Position numbers and translations under genes: made by a program
In this document: piece after piece, positions 1 to 8,529 of the stretch
Layout of the letters: each line of letters opens with the position of its first letter
How positions within the stretch are numbered: the stretch's first letter is position 1
NCBI GenBank assembly: GCA_050945495.1
Contig: JBMNTA010000002.1
Location: forward strand, 19,240 to 83,239
DNA length: 64,000 nt
Direction: 5' to 3'
DNA from: Saccharofermentanales bacterium
GTDB taxonomy: Bacteria > Bacillota > Clostridia > Saccharofermentanales > DTU023
Notes under the pieces: generated by a model
Told to the model about the DNA's origin: nothing
Databases searched by the model: none
The model's input: the letters and a program-made list of their open reading frames with translations, nothing else

Positions 1-150
1 CGAAAGATACCACCGCTCGAGCCCCAACGCACGGTTGAGCAGCATGTAGACGCCGACGTTGACCACCGTGGCGACCACGCCCGAGATGAAGTATCGAATA
101 AATTCTTTTGTACCGAATAATTCGATAAAAAGTTGTTTTAGTTTTCTCAT
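1..150 (-). CDS. GtrA family membrane protein, N-terminal 50 codons only (gene runs off the left edge)
   Basis: The minus-strand ATG at 148-150 overlaps the TGA of the upstream gene (ATGA). The translation MRKLKQLFIELFGTKEFIRYFISGVVATVVNVGVYMLLNRALGLERWYLS fits the N-terminal pattern of GtrA-like glycan-translocation proteins. Confidence 0.5.
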   Translation of the reverse strand, partial: MRKLKQLFIELFGTKEFIRYFISGVVATVVNVGVYMLLNRALGLERWYLS

Positions 151-1943
151 AGCTCTCCGCGGTCCTGCGGATCGTCGGCATCGAGTCTCCGGTGCCGAAA
201 TCCCATCAAGCCCGGATCGTCGAACGTGTCGTCGTCCTTATCGTCCTCGATGTCGTCCGTGCCGTCATCCGGCCGATCCGTCGGCGCAAACCGCTCTTCC
301 TCTGGATGTTCATCCTCCCGGCGGCGAAGCAATGTTCCGAGCGTGCCCCACCCGTCGTCCGCCCCGTCATCCGGCGCGTCCGCATCCTCCGGCGTCGCAT
401 CGCCCGAGGCATCTTCGGAAGGTGATGTGGGTGACGAATCCGCTTCGCCACCTTCCAGATCATAGCCGTCCACCTCAAATTCATCAAGGATCGCTTCCCG
501 TTCGAGACGTTGACGACGCCTCCAAACGTAGATCAGGACGATCAATAAGATCAGAATAACCACCGATAAGATGATCCAGTACACGCCGCCGCTTGCCCAA
601 AATCCGGCGCTACCGCCGTTGTCCGGCGCGGTCGTCTCCGCCACGCTTGGGTAGACGGTCGTCGTCGGGATGACCTTGTCGGGGCCGTCCGAAAGGCGCG
701 GATCCAAGAAACTGCCGCCCACCGGCACGAGCCAGCGGTCGGCGCGCACCAACGAATCCAACATGGGGTCGTACAAGTAAAGTGCTTTTTCCGGCGAATC
801 GTTCATCCGCATCACCAGGAGGTAGATGTCTCCGAGCGGCGTCGCCTCCCGAGCGTCCGCCGTCTCCCCTTCGGACGTCTGCCATAATGCGTACAGTTCC
901 AGATATCGATCGTGCCAAATGTATGCCGATGCATCCGGCGCATAGGCCGGCACCGGGACGCCCCGCACGGAAATCATCTTGGGCGTAAAGCCCGGCGGCA
1001 AGGCTTCTTCCGGCACCACGGCCACGGTGTACAGGCGATCGGCCCATTCACCGCGCAGATACGGCACGAAGGTCCCCGTCGCTTTGTCTTCGTAATAGAA
1101 TCCGTCGCGCCCCGACCCGTCCGTCAACCAATACAAGGTGTCGGGCAACGTCGGCGACTTATACGCCGTCACTTCATATTCACCGTATTCCACATTTTCG
1201 GGCGCATACGATGCCGGAACGTCGGCATCGAGCGGACGCGTCTCGGGGAACGTCAAGGTGACCCCGTCAAAGCGCTCCCCGATCGACCAATCGCCCGGAG
1301 GCGCCATAAGCCCGACGGGCACCGTCGTGCTCACGCCGGACGTCGCGGTCGTCGAGGTCGACGACGAGGAGGTCCGACTCGTCGTGGTCGTCGTGGTCTT
1401 CTTTGACGTGGTCGTTGTCGTCGTCGTGGTCGTCGTCGTGGTCGTCGTGGTGGTCTTCGACGTCGGCTTGGTCGCCTCCGTCGCCGTCACGGTCAGACTC
1501 GCTCCCACGGCCACCGAATCACTGACTCCGTCCGAAGCCTTGATAACCTTCAGGGTCGTTTTACCGGCCTTTTTGACATCGAATTGGATGGACAGCACGC
1601 TCGTGATTTCCACACCCGTTCCCATGGTAAAATTCATGGTCGTCACCACGCCGGGAGCCGGCGTATCGTACTGTGTTGAAAATTCGGAACTTCCCGTCAG
1701 ATTGGCCGGCGACTTATTGACAAAGGTCAGGTACGCCGGATCGTACGTGACGCGAAAATCCGACGTGCGTGTCAGCGCTTTCGGGGAAAACCCGAGCGTC
1801 ACCGTGATTCGATCGCCGACGTTGGCCGAGGTTTTGCCGCCGATCGTCGCTCTGCGGCCGGCCGCCGCGACCAACGTGGTCATGGTCAAGATGATCGTGA
1901 AGACGACCGCCAAGGTCATCCACGCGGACAAACGCTTTTTCAT
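147..1943 (-). CDS. Membrane-anchored surface protein: signal peptide, cohesin-like domain, poly-Thr linker, unassigned ectodomain, one TM helix, acidic cytoplasmic tail
   Basis: 598-aa ORF. The N-terminus MKKRLSAWMTLAVVFTIILTMTTLVAAA looks like a signal peptide. Cohesin-type motifs are GDRITVTLGF, DFRVTYDPAYLTFV and LSIQFDVKKAGKTTLKV. It also has a 16xThr run, the TM helix VYWIILSVVILILLIVLIYVW and a 124-aa D/E-rich tail. Confidence 0.75.
   Translation of the reverse strand: MKKRLSAWMTLAVVFTIILTMTTLVAAAGRRATIGGKTSANVGDRITVTLGFSPKALTRTSDFRVTYDPAYLTFVNKSPANLTGSSEFSTQYDTPAPGVVTTMNFTMGTGVEITSVLSIQFDVKKAGKTTLKVIKASDGVSDSVAVGASLTVTATEATKPTSKTTTTTTTTTTTTTTTTSKKTTTTTTSRTSSSSTSTTATSGVSTTVPVGLMAPPGDWSIGERFDGVTLTFPETRPLDADVPASYAPENVEYGEYEVTAYKSPTLPDTLYWLTDGSGRDGFYYEDKATGTFVPYLRGEWADRLYTVAVVPEEALPPGFTPKMISVRGVPVPAYAPDASAYIWHDRYLELYALWQTSEGETADAREATPLGDIYLLVMRMNDSPEKALYLYDPMLDSLVRADRWLVPVGGSFLDPRLSDGPDKVIPTTTVYPSVAETTAPDNGGSAGFWASGGVYWIILSVVILILLIVLIYVWRRRQRLEREAILDEFEVDGYDLEGGEADSSPTSPSEDASGDATPEDADAPDDGADDGWGTLGTLLRRREDEHPEEERFAPTDRPDDGTDDIEDDKDDDTFDDPGLMGFRHRRLDADDPQDRGEL
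1330..1472 (-). repeat. Coding low-complexity Thr/Ser linker (16 consecutive Thr codons at 1407-1454, ACC/ACG/ACA mix)
   Basis: The plus strand reads as (cgt/ggt)n triplets. The translation is TKPTSK-T16-SKK-T6-SRTSSSSTSTTATSGVSTT. Confidence 0.9.
1479..1856 (-). other. Cohesin-like domain (approximately aa 30-155 of the 598-aa protein)
   Basis: It has the pattern G-x-V-x-V...DF-x-V-x-YDP-x-x-L, as in type I cohesins (compare FRYDPNVLE of clostridial scaffoldins). Boundaries are approximate. Confidence 0.55.
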
Positions 1944-1949
1944 GGTTTA

Positions 1950-4217
1950 CTATGCTCCTCGTTGTTCAATGAGTTTGTCTCGCAAAATCCGATCGACGAT
2001 GACGGAGATATCGAGCGAGTTGATGTCTCCGTCGTGCGAGCAATCCATGGATTCCAGCACCCAGGGATCCACGGCTTTATCGCGCAGAATGCGATCGATC
2101 AAGCAGGAAATGTCAAGCGAGTTGAAATCGCCGTCGCCCGACGGGTCACCGTAGATGACCAGGCGATACGTGCATTGCACATTTTGCGTCTTGCTCTCCA
2201 GAATCTGGATCTGTGCGCCGGTACCCAGGCAATCGTTGTCGCCGATGGCGCCTCCCGACGCCGTCAAGAGACGCACCTCATAGCCCTTCGGCAGATCAAA
2301 CGCCCGTTTGATCTTTTCCGCTTGGTTGCGGCCCTGCATGGGCGAAGCGTTGATCAGGAAATGGCCCTTCAAGAGGTAATCGTTCACCGTCTTCACCGTG
2401 AGCGGCGGAAGCGGCGGCTCCGTTGGTTCACTCGTCGTGTCGGAGCGAATGATCTTCAATCGGTAGATGCGCGGGTCGTTGCTCTCGGCCAAAGCTTGGA
2501 CATCGACGGTGTTTTCGCCGACGATGAGTTCTCGATACCCTGCGTTCACCACGGTGCATCGGTTGTGATAGGGGATCACCTCGATCTCCACCGATGCCGC
2601 TTCGTAAGGCACGCGGATCGTGTATTCGTAACGTTCCGGATTGAACGGCGGATCAAATGCCGCCTTCCCGATTTTGATCGATTTCAGCCAATTGTTGCGG
2701 CTCAAGTTATCCGAGGGATACGGCGAGACGGTCGCGGGCATGTTCGCGTACACGGGAATGCGGAAGCAATGCGGTATGGACAAGATGTTTTGCTGACGGT
2801 ACATCGAATATACGCGGCTCGACTCGACCGACGGCGCGTGAATGTTGCCCATGTACTGGTGCCAATACGTGCCGTAGGTGTCGCCGTCCACATTGAATTT
2901 TTGCAGGTAGTGTGTATCTTGTCCCTCGTTAATGTATCCCTCGGAAATCCAACAGGCACCGCCGACGACGGCGCGCCACGGATTGTTCCAAGGAAGCAAA
3001 TATTTCTTCTGCTCCGTGGGCGTGGGTCCGCTGTCCGTCTTCCCGTATTTTGCGTATCGCAGTGCCTTCAAAATAGGGTTCGCCCCGGCCGAGGCATGAA
3101 TGTTGTAGAAGTTATAGTAGCCTTCGTACCCCGACACACGACCCGACACAGAGTCGGACCCGTTGCGCCCAACCTCCATGAGGCAGCGCTGCAAGAGGAA
3201 AAACGGATTCGCGCCCGAGCGCTCGGCGGCATCCATAAAGATTTCGGGATACGTTTTGGTCTGCTCGTTGCCATTGAGATCCGTGTACGTCACCGACACA
3301 TTCTCCATGAACGTGCCACGTATGGATTTCTTGATCACGTCCACCGTGTGGATTTCGGGACGGTACGACAATTGTTCGAATTGAAAGATGGCCTGTTCGG
3401 ACAGTGCGGTACGCGGATCCATGCGGAATGCGAGGATCGCCTCACTGGCCGCAACCCACCCCCCGGCATCGTAAACCGTCCACCGATCGGTTTTGTAGTC
3501 GTAGTCGCCTTTCTTGTAGGAGCGATGGCTCAGAAGCGACGAACCATTGACGACATTGCGCCCAACGCCCGCCTCCGCTTCGATGGTGACGGCTTTGTTA
3601 AACGCCAACGGCAAACGGCCGCCGACCGGTGAATCGACGTCGACAACGTGGAACGCTTCAAAACGCCAGTCGGGATATTTTTTGTGCAATTTGCGCAATT
3701 TGACTTTGTAGTCCTCGGGGAAACGCTGCTGCGTGAGGTACATTTCAAAATCTTGTTCGCCGCCGCCCGGCGGGTCCTCATCGCCCGGCGGATCAAACGC
3801 CTCGTCCGTGAGTTCGACCACCGATTCGTGCATGTATCCCATGAGGTCGCGGTCGATCACGCGAATGCGATACCAGAGGGTCGACCCCTGAACGGCGTCG
3901 CCTTCCACGGCGCTGTACACTTCGATGCGTGTGCCTTGCGGCAGCACCACCAAAGCATTGTCGGGATGGGTCGTGGTGGGCGTGGAACGCACGATACTGC
4001 CATTCGGCGATTTGGCTTGCCCGATTTTGTAAATCGGCGTCTCTTCAGATGCCCAACACGGTTGGAACAGGACCATCACGGCCATCGAGATCATGAGCAC
4101 GATGATCACGGCGATCGCGGTCTGTCGGCGCGCCGTGCGAGTGCCGCGTAACGCGTGCTCCTGATTGCGCGATGTCCGTGTATGCATGCTCCTCCACCTT
4201 CTTTGTCCGTCCTCCAC
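1950..4217 (-). CDS. Secreted or anchored peptidoglycan hydrolase: SH3b-like + GH73-type N-acetylglucosaminidase + cadherin-like beta-sandwich + C-terminal dockerin
   Basis: 755-aa ORF starting at GTG 4217. An alternative ATG at 4187 lies after GGTGGAGGAG. It has an N-terminal TM/signal segment (AIAVIIVLMISMAVMVLF) and an SH3-like segment (YKIGQAKSPNGSIVRS...WYRIRV). The glucosaminidase motif is FMDAAERSGANPFFLLQRCLMEVG...YLQKFNVDG. The segment YEYTIRVPYEAASVEIEV resembles cadherin-like domains. Two dockerin repeats sit at the C-terminus. Confidence 0.75.
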   Translation of the reverse strand: MEDGQRRWRSMHTRTSRNQEHALRGTRTARRQTAIAVIIVLMISMAVMVLFQPCWASEETPIYKIGQAKSPNGSIVRSTPTTTHPDNALVVLPQGTRIEVYSAVEGDAVQGSTLWYRIRVIDRDLMGYMHESVVELTDEAFDPPGDEDPPGGGEQDFEMYLTQQRFPEDYKVKLRKLHKKYPDWRFEAFHVVDVDSPVGGRLPLAFNKAVTIEAEAGVGRNVVNGSSLLSHRSYKKGDYDYKTDRWTVYDAGGWVAASEAILAFRMDPRTALSEQAIFQFEQLSYRPEIHTVDVIKKSIRGTFMENVSVTYTDLNGNEQTKTYPEIFMDAAERSGANPFFLLQRCLMEVGRNGSDSVSGRVSGYEGYYNFYNIHASAGANPILKALRYAKYGKTDSGPTPTEQKKYLLPWNNPWRAVVGGACWISEGYINEGQDTHYLQKFNVDGDTYGTYWHQYMGNIHAPSVESSRVYSMYRQQNILSIPHCFRIPVYANMPATVSPYPSDNLSRNNWLKSIKIGKAAFDPPFNPERYEYTIRVPYEAASVEIEVIPYHNRCTVVNAGYRELIVGENTVDVQALAESNDPRIYRLKIIRSDTTSEPTEPPLPPLTVKTVNDYLLKGHFLINASPMQGRNQAEKIKRAFDLPKGYEVRLLTASGGAIGDNDCLGTGAQIQILESKTQNVQCTYRLVIYGDPSGDGDFNSLDISCLIDRILRDKAVDPWVLESMDCSHDGDINSLDISVIVDRILRDKLIEQRGA
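1953..2150 (-). other. Type-I-like dockerin module (two Ca-binding repeats)
   Basis: The repeats DPSGDGDFNSLDISCLIDRIL and DCSHDGDINSLDISVIVDRIL fit the D-x-N/S-x-D-G-x-(I/V/F)-N-S-x-D...L...IL consensus. The duplication is also visible in the DNA (about 2012-2050 versus 2107-2147). Confidence 0.7.
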
Positions 4218-4336
4218 ACCGCAAACGCGTCATGGATTCGCGCGCGTGAATAAGGGTATGGGCTTTTATCATATGCGAGCGACGCCGTTCGATGCCAGTG
4301 CCCCCGACGCCGAATGATCCAAAGTTTGGAGTATTG

Positions 4337-4981
4337 TCACGATTCTGACTTGTCTTCGCAACGTGGCGGTTCAAAATGAAAATCAAAATCAATCTCATCG
4401 AGCGATTTCGCATATGCCGGCAAGGCGTGCGTTTTAAACCAGCGAACCTCCGGCAAATCGAAGGCGTCGATGCGTTCTTCGATTTCCGTCTTGGCGCGAT
4501 CGAATTCACGATTGCCGACCTTTTGCTCGTCGAGACACTTGATGTACGCCGAAAAGCAGTCGGCGGCTTTCACAAGCTCCAAGGCGGCGACGACCATGGG
4601 ATCGTCGCGGTCGGGCATGAGCCACGTCCGGTATTCGCACGCCAAGTCATGGGGCAACATGGCCAGCAGGACGCGGCACGCGTCGCCCTCGATGTCTTTG
4701 TACGTCGTCTCCATGGGGAGATTGTGATATTTCAAGGGTTTCGGCATGTCGCCCGTGATGATCTCGGGGGTGTCGTGGTAGAGGGCCAGCGTCGCGACAA
4801 ACGTCGGATCGGGACACAGGCGCCCGTCGGCAAAATGGCGTCGGCGCATGAGCGCGAGCGCATGGGCGATGACCGCCACGTCGTGCGAGTGCTCTTGGAT
4901 GTTCTCAATTTCCGTATTGCGCATGAGCCCCCATCGGTTGATGTAGCGCATGCGATGCAACATGGCGAAAAAAGACGTCAT
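4337..4981 (-). CDS. yfbR: HD-domain 5'-deoxynucleotidase (YfbR family)
   Basis: It aligns by eye along its full length with E. coli YfbR (RYINRWGLMRNTEIENIQEHSHDVAVIAHALA...YHDTPEIITGDMPKPLKY...VKAADCFSAYIKCLDE). RBS TAGGAGG lies 5 nt upstream and contains the dgt stop codon. Confidence 0.85.
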   Translation of the reverse strand: MTSFFAMLHRMRYINRWGLMRNTEIENIQEHSHDVAVIAHALALMRRRHFADGRLCPDPTFVATLALYHDTPEIITGDMPKPLKYHNLPMETTYKDIEGDACRVLLAMLPHDLACEYRTWLMPDRDDPMVVAALELVKAADCFSAYIKCLDEQKVGNREFDRAKTEIEERIDAFDLPEVRWFKTHALPAYAKSLDEIDFDFHFEPPRCEDKSES

Positions 4982-4990
4982 GATGGCCTC

Positions 4991-6115
4991 CTACCATTCG
5001 TAAATCGCGCGGTACTGGCGATCCGCGTACGGATCGGTCATGCCGGCGATGTAGTCCACGACGATGCGCGCGGGCGACGCGTCCGGTTCCGGGTGGCGCG
5101 CCCGATACGCCCGAAAGGCCTGGGCGGGCCCCGTCGTGTCCGTGATGTGCTCCTCGCGGGCAAGCTTCCAATAATACTCAAACAGGCCTTCGATTTGATT
5201 TTTTACCTGCACCTCGTAGCGTTTGACGCGAGGGGCCGTGTAGATGCGATCGACGTTGATCTTGATCAGCGCTTCGAGGGCCTTCCCCTTTTCGGGGCTC
5301 ATGGCGATGTGGTCGTGATCCAGGCTCTGTTCGATGACGTCGCGCACGAGCGTGTCGACGATCTCGGCGTTGCTTCGCCCGAGCGTCCGCTGCAGCGATT
5401 CCGGCAGCTCTCGGAACGTCAAAAGTCCGCTCCGCGTCGCGTCTTCGATGTCGCGACCGACATAGGCGATGCGATCCGCGAAGCGAACGACGCACCCCTC
5501 GAGCGTTGCGGGCGGCGCGTGATGAAAGGCGCCCGCCATGAGGCTTGCCTCATCTTTGTCTCGATCCGGCACAAGCTTGAATTCATCGTATTTTTCACCG
5601 CAGTGCGACGCAATGCCGTCGCGCACTTCGAACGACAAATTCAAACCGGCGCGTCCCTTGTGCTCCGTCAAGATGTCGATGACGCGCAACCCGTGCTGTT
5701 CGTGACGAAATTGGAGCGACGGATCGTGGCGTTGCAGGAGACGATTCAACGTCGCTTCGCCGGAATGGCCGTACGGGGTGTGCCCAATGTCGTGTCCCAA
5801 GGCGATCGCACGGATCAAGTCCGTATTCAAACGCAGCGCGCTCCCGATCGTCTCGGCAAGGTAGCTCACGTACAGGACGTGCTCCATGCGCGTGCAGACG
5901 TGATCGTTTTGCGGATCGAAAAAGACTTGCGTCTTGTGACGCAGTCGGCGAAACGGCATGGAATATAAAATACGTCCGGTGTCGCGCTCGTACGCCGTGC
6001 GCACATCGCACGGGATTTCCTCGACACGGCGCCCGCGGGACACCGACGCCTTGGACGCATAAGGCGACAAAATCGCTTCTTCGAGACGTTCTTTTTGAAC
6101 GCGAACGGTCGGCAT
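4991..6115 (-). CDS. dgt: dGTPase-like deoxynucleoside triphosphate triphosphohydrolase (HD domain)
   Basis: Motifs FRRLRHKTQVF, RMEHVLYVSYLAETIG, LGHDIGHTPYGHSGE, FADRIAYVGRDIEDA and DYIAGMTDPYA. Confidence 0.85.
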   Translation of the reverse strand: MPTVRVQKERLEEAILSPYASKASVSRGRRVEEIPCDVRTAYERDTGRILYSMPFRRLRHKTQVFFDPQNDHVCTRMEHVLYVSYLAETIGSALRLNTDLIRAIALGHDIGHTPYGHSGEATLNRLLQRHDPSLQFRHEQHGLRVIDILTEHKGRAGLNLSFEVRDGIASHCGEKYDEFKLVPDRDKDEASLMAGAFHHAPPATLEGCVVRFADRIAYVGRDIEDATRSGLLTFRELPESLQRTLGRSNAEIVDTLVRDVIEQSLDHDHIAMSPEKGKALEALIKINVDRIYTAPRVKRYEVQVKNQIEGLFEYYWKLAREEHITDTTGPAQAFRAYRARHPEPDASPARIVVDYIAGMTDPYADRQYRAIYEW

Positions 6116-6123
6116 GGCGCCCC

Positions 6124-8529
6124 CTATTCTACCGGCGACAGGGCCGACTGACTGGCCATGTAGCGTTTCGTCGTCCCGTCAAAATCGATCGTTAAGATGG
6201 CGTCGTCGCCGGTCTTGGTAATCTTTTGGATCGTGCCTTCGCCGAACGAGGCATGGCGGACCGCATCGCCCACTGCCAAGCGATCGGCCTTGAGGCCCCC
6301 CGTCGTTTTCTTTTTCGGAGGCTCCTTGTTCACGCGGCGTACGGCGTGGTACGCCGGTTCCGGCGTCGGCGCTTCGCGTCGCGTCGCCCGCTCGGTACGC
6401 ATGCCGAAGGCCTTCGCCCACGGCGACGGTTGACCGTATTGACCGCGCTTCTCCGTCAGCGAGTCGGGGATGTCTTCGACAAAACGCGAGATCGCGTTGT
6501 ACTGCGTATGCCCGAAGAGCAGCCGGGAGACGGACGACGTGATGATCAGGGATTGTTTGGCGCGCGTGACGGCCACATACGCCAACCGCCGCTCCTCTTC
6601 GATGCCGTCGACTTCCTCCAACGCACGGATGCTCGGGAAAATGTCCTCTTCGGCGCCGATGACGTACACGACGTCGAACTCCAACCCCTTGGCACTGTGA
6701 ATCGTCATGAGGCTCACGGGCGGGGTCTCGGTGTCTTTGTCCTGGTCGGTGTACAGCGCGGCGCGCTCCAAGAACAGCCGCACCTTTCCCGTAAGCGATC
6801 GATCCGTCAGATGCGCGAACGCGTCGGCCTCCGCTTCGTCGATCGCAAATTCCCACATATCGTCGATCGATTCATGCTCGAGACGCGTTTCGAACTCCAT
6901 CGCGTCGGAGATCAATTCCTCCAAGTTTTGGAGCCGCGACTCGGCCTCGACATCGCCCTTGCGCTTCGCCGCTTCGAAGTGATCGATCAAGCCCGATTCC
7001 GTCTCGACGGACGCGATGAATTCGGGCAACGCCATGGCGTCGTCGGCCATGGCCCGACGACGATCGTCCACCCATTGGGCAAAGCCCTTGAGCCGCCCCG
7101 CCATGCGGGACAACGCCGGCATTTGATCGGCGATGCGGCACGCTTCGAGCAGCGAGATCTTGTTTCGCCCCGCCAATTCGGCGACGCGTTCGATCGTGAC
7201 GCTGCCGATGCCGCGGCGCGGCTGATTGATGATGCGGCGAAAGGCGATGTCATCGTCCGGCGACTGAATGAGGCTCAAATACGCCGTCACGTCCTTGATC
7301 TCCGCACGATCGTAAAATCGGGTGCCGCCGTAAATGCGGTAATCGAGGTTCCGTTCGCGCAGCGCGAATTCGATGTTGCGCGACAGCGCGTTCATGCGAT
7401 ACAGCACCGCGATCTCGGGGCGTTGGTCGCGCCCCGCGGCGCGCAGATGCCGATCGATGTCCGAGGCGACGAAACGCGCCTCGTCGATGTGATCGGTCGC
7501 GCGGTAGAGCACGATGGGATCCCCCGTCGCATGCGCCGTCCACAGCGTCTTCGGCTTGCGGCCCGTGTTTTCGCGGATGATGTGGTTGGCGGCCGACAGA
7601 ATGGTCTTGGTCGATCGATAATTTTGTTCCAAGCGAATCGTCGTGCACGACGGAAAATCATCTTCGAAGTCGAGGATGTTGTGCACCGTGGCCCCGCGGA
7701 ACGCGTAGATCGACTGATCGTCGTCGCCGACGACGCACAAATTTTGATGGCGGGCGGCGAGCATGCGCACCAAGGCGTACTGCACTTGGTTCGTGTCCTG
7801 ATATTCATCGACCAAGATGTGGGTGAACCGCCGTTGATAGCGGTCGAGGACGTCGGGATATTCGCGAAACAGGCGCAACGTCTGCGTCAGAATGTCGTCG
7901 AAATCGAGCGCGTTGTGGCGCATGAGCTCCGCCTGATACGTGGCGTAAATCCGCGCCCACTGTTGATTCAGCACGCCCGACACGTCGCGTTCCGCGATGT
8001 CGGACGGCGACAGATCGTCGTTTTTGTATCGACTGACACGTCGCAAGGCATCGGCCGGGGTGAGCGCTCGCTCGCCGATGCCCAAGCGCTCCAGAACGTC
8101 GCGCATCACGCGCTTCTGGTCGGCCGTGTCAAAAATCGTGAACGAGGGGCGATAGCCCAAAAGGTGGCCGTGGACGCGCAAAATGCGCAGCATCATCGCG
8201 TGAAACGTGCCGATCCAAATCCCTCGATGGGCGATGCCGACCAAGTCCGCGATGCGCTCTTTCATCTCGTTCGCGGCTTTGTTCGTGAACGTGATGGCGA
8301 GGATGCGCCACGGTTCGACGCCGACGTGATGAATCAGCCACGCGACGCGACGCGTGATGACCCGCGTCTTGCCGGAGCCGGCGCCCGCGAGAATAAGCAG
8401 CGGGCCGTCCGTCGTTTGAACGGCCCGCGATTGTTCAGGGTTGAGGTTTTGGAGGATGGCGTCATCCGAGATCAACGGCTCGGATGTTCCGGTGCGATCC
8501 GTCGATTCCATGGATGCACCCGAGATCAA
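6124..8529 (-). CDS. pcrA: ATP-dependent DNA helicase PcrA/UvrD
   Basis: Walker A is AGAGSGKTRVITRRVAW. Other motifs are TFTNKAANEMKERI, ILVDEYQDTNQVQY, VGDDDQSIYAFRGA, QNYRST and IHSAKGLEFDVVY, with a C-terminal Tudor-like segment FGEGTI. The TTG at 8529 overlaps the hpf stop (TTGA). An alternative ATG is at 8511. Confidence 0.9.
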   Translation of the reverse strand: MISGASMESTDRTGTSEPLISDDAILQNLNPEQSRAVQTTDGPLLILAGAGSGKTRVITRRVAWLIHHVGVEPWRILAITFTNKAANEMKERIADLVGIAHRGIWIGTFHAMMLRILRVHGHLLGYRPSFTIFDTADQKRVMRDVLERLGIGERALTPADALRRVSRYKNDDLSPSDIAERDVSGVLNQQWARIYATYQAELMRHNALDFDDILTQTLRLFREYPDVLDRYQRRFTHILVDEYQDTNQVQYALVRMLAARHQNLCVVGDDDQSIYAFRGATVHNILDFEDDFPSCTTIRLEQNYRSTKTILSAANHIIRENTGRKPKTLWTAHATGDPIVLYRATDHIDEARFVASDIDRHLRAAGRDQRPEIAVLYRMNALSRNIEFALRERNLDYRIYGGTRFYDRAEIKDVTAYLSLIQSPDDDIAFRRIINQPRRGIGSVTIERVAELAGRNKISLLEACRIADQMPALSRMAGRLKGFAQWVDDRRRAMADDAMALPEFIASVETESGLIDHFEAAKRKGDVEAESRLQNLEELISDAMEFETRLEHESIDDMWEFAIDEAEADAFAHLTDRSLTGKVRLFLERAALYTDQDKDTETPPVSLMTIHSAKGLEFDVVYVIGAEEDIFPSIRALEEVDGIEEERRLAYVAVTRAKQSLIITSSVSRLLFGHTQYNAISRFVEDIPDSLTEKRGQYGQPSPWAKAFGMRTERATRREAPTPEPAYHAVRRVNKEPPKKKTTGGLKADRLAVGDAVRHASFGEGTIQKITKTGDDAILTIDFDGTTKRYMASQSALSPVE

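Noticed and set aside
1407-1454. Triplet tandem repeat DNA (cgt/ggt)n as a CRISPR-like or non-coding satellite.
   Set aside because: It is in frame within a long ORF and encodes 16 consecutive Thr. It has no spacer-repeat architecture.
1962-3632. Long plus-strand ORFs (556 aa here; also 1138-2154 and 59-559) overlapping the surface-protein genes.
   Set aside because: They lie antisense to ORFs with clear domain content. Their translations are Arg/Gly/Val/Asp/His-rich low-information sequence, typical of shadow frames in high-GC DNA. They have no RBS and no recognisable motifs.
4337-6115. The dGTPase plus HD nucleotidase pair as a dedicated anti-phage dNTP-depletion defence system.
   Set aside because: They are embedded between hpf/pcrA and core genes. 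I saw no neighbouring defence genes, mobility genes or obvious compositional break. YfbR and Dgt homologues are common housekeeping enzymes. I kept this only as a low-interest operon observation.
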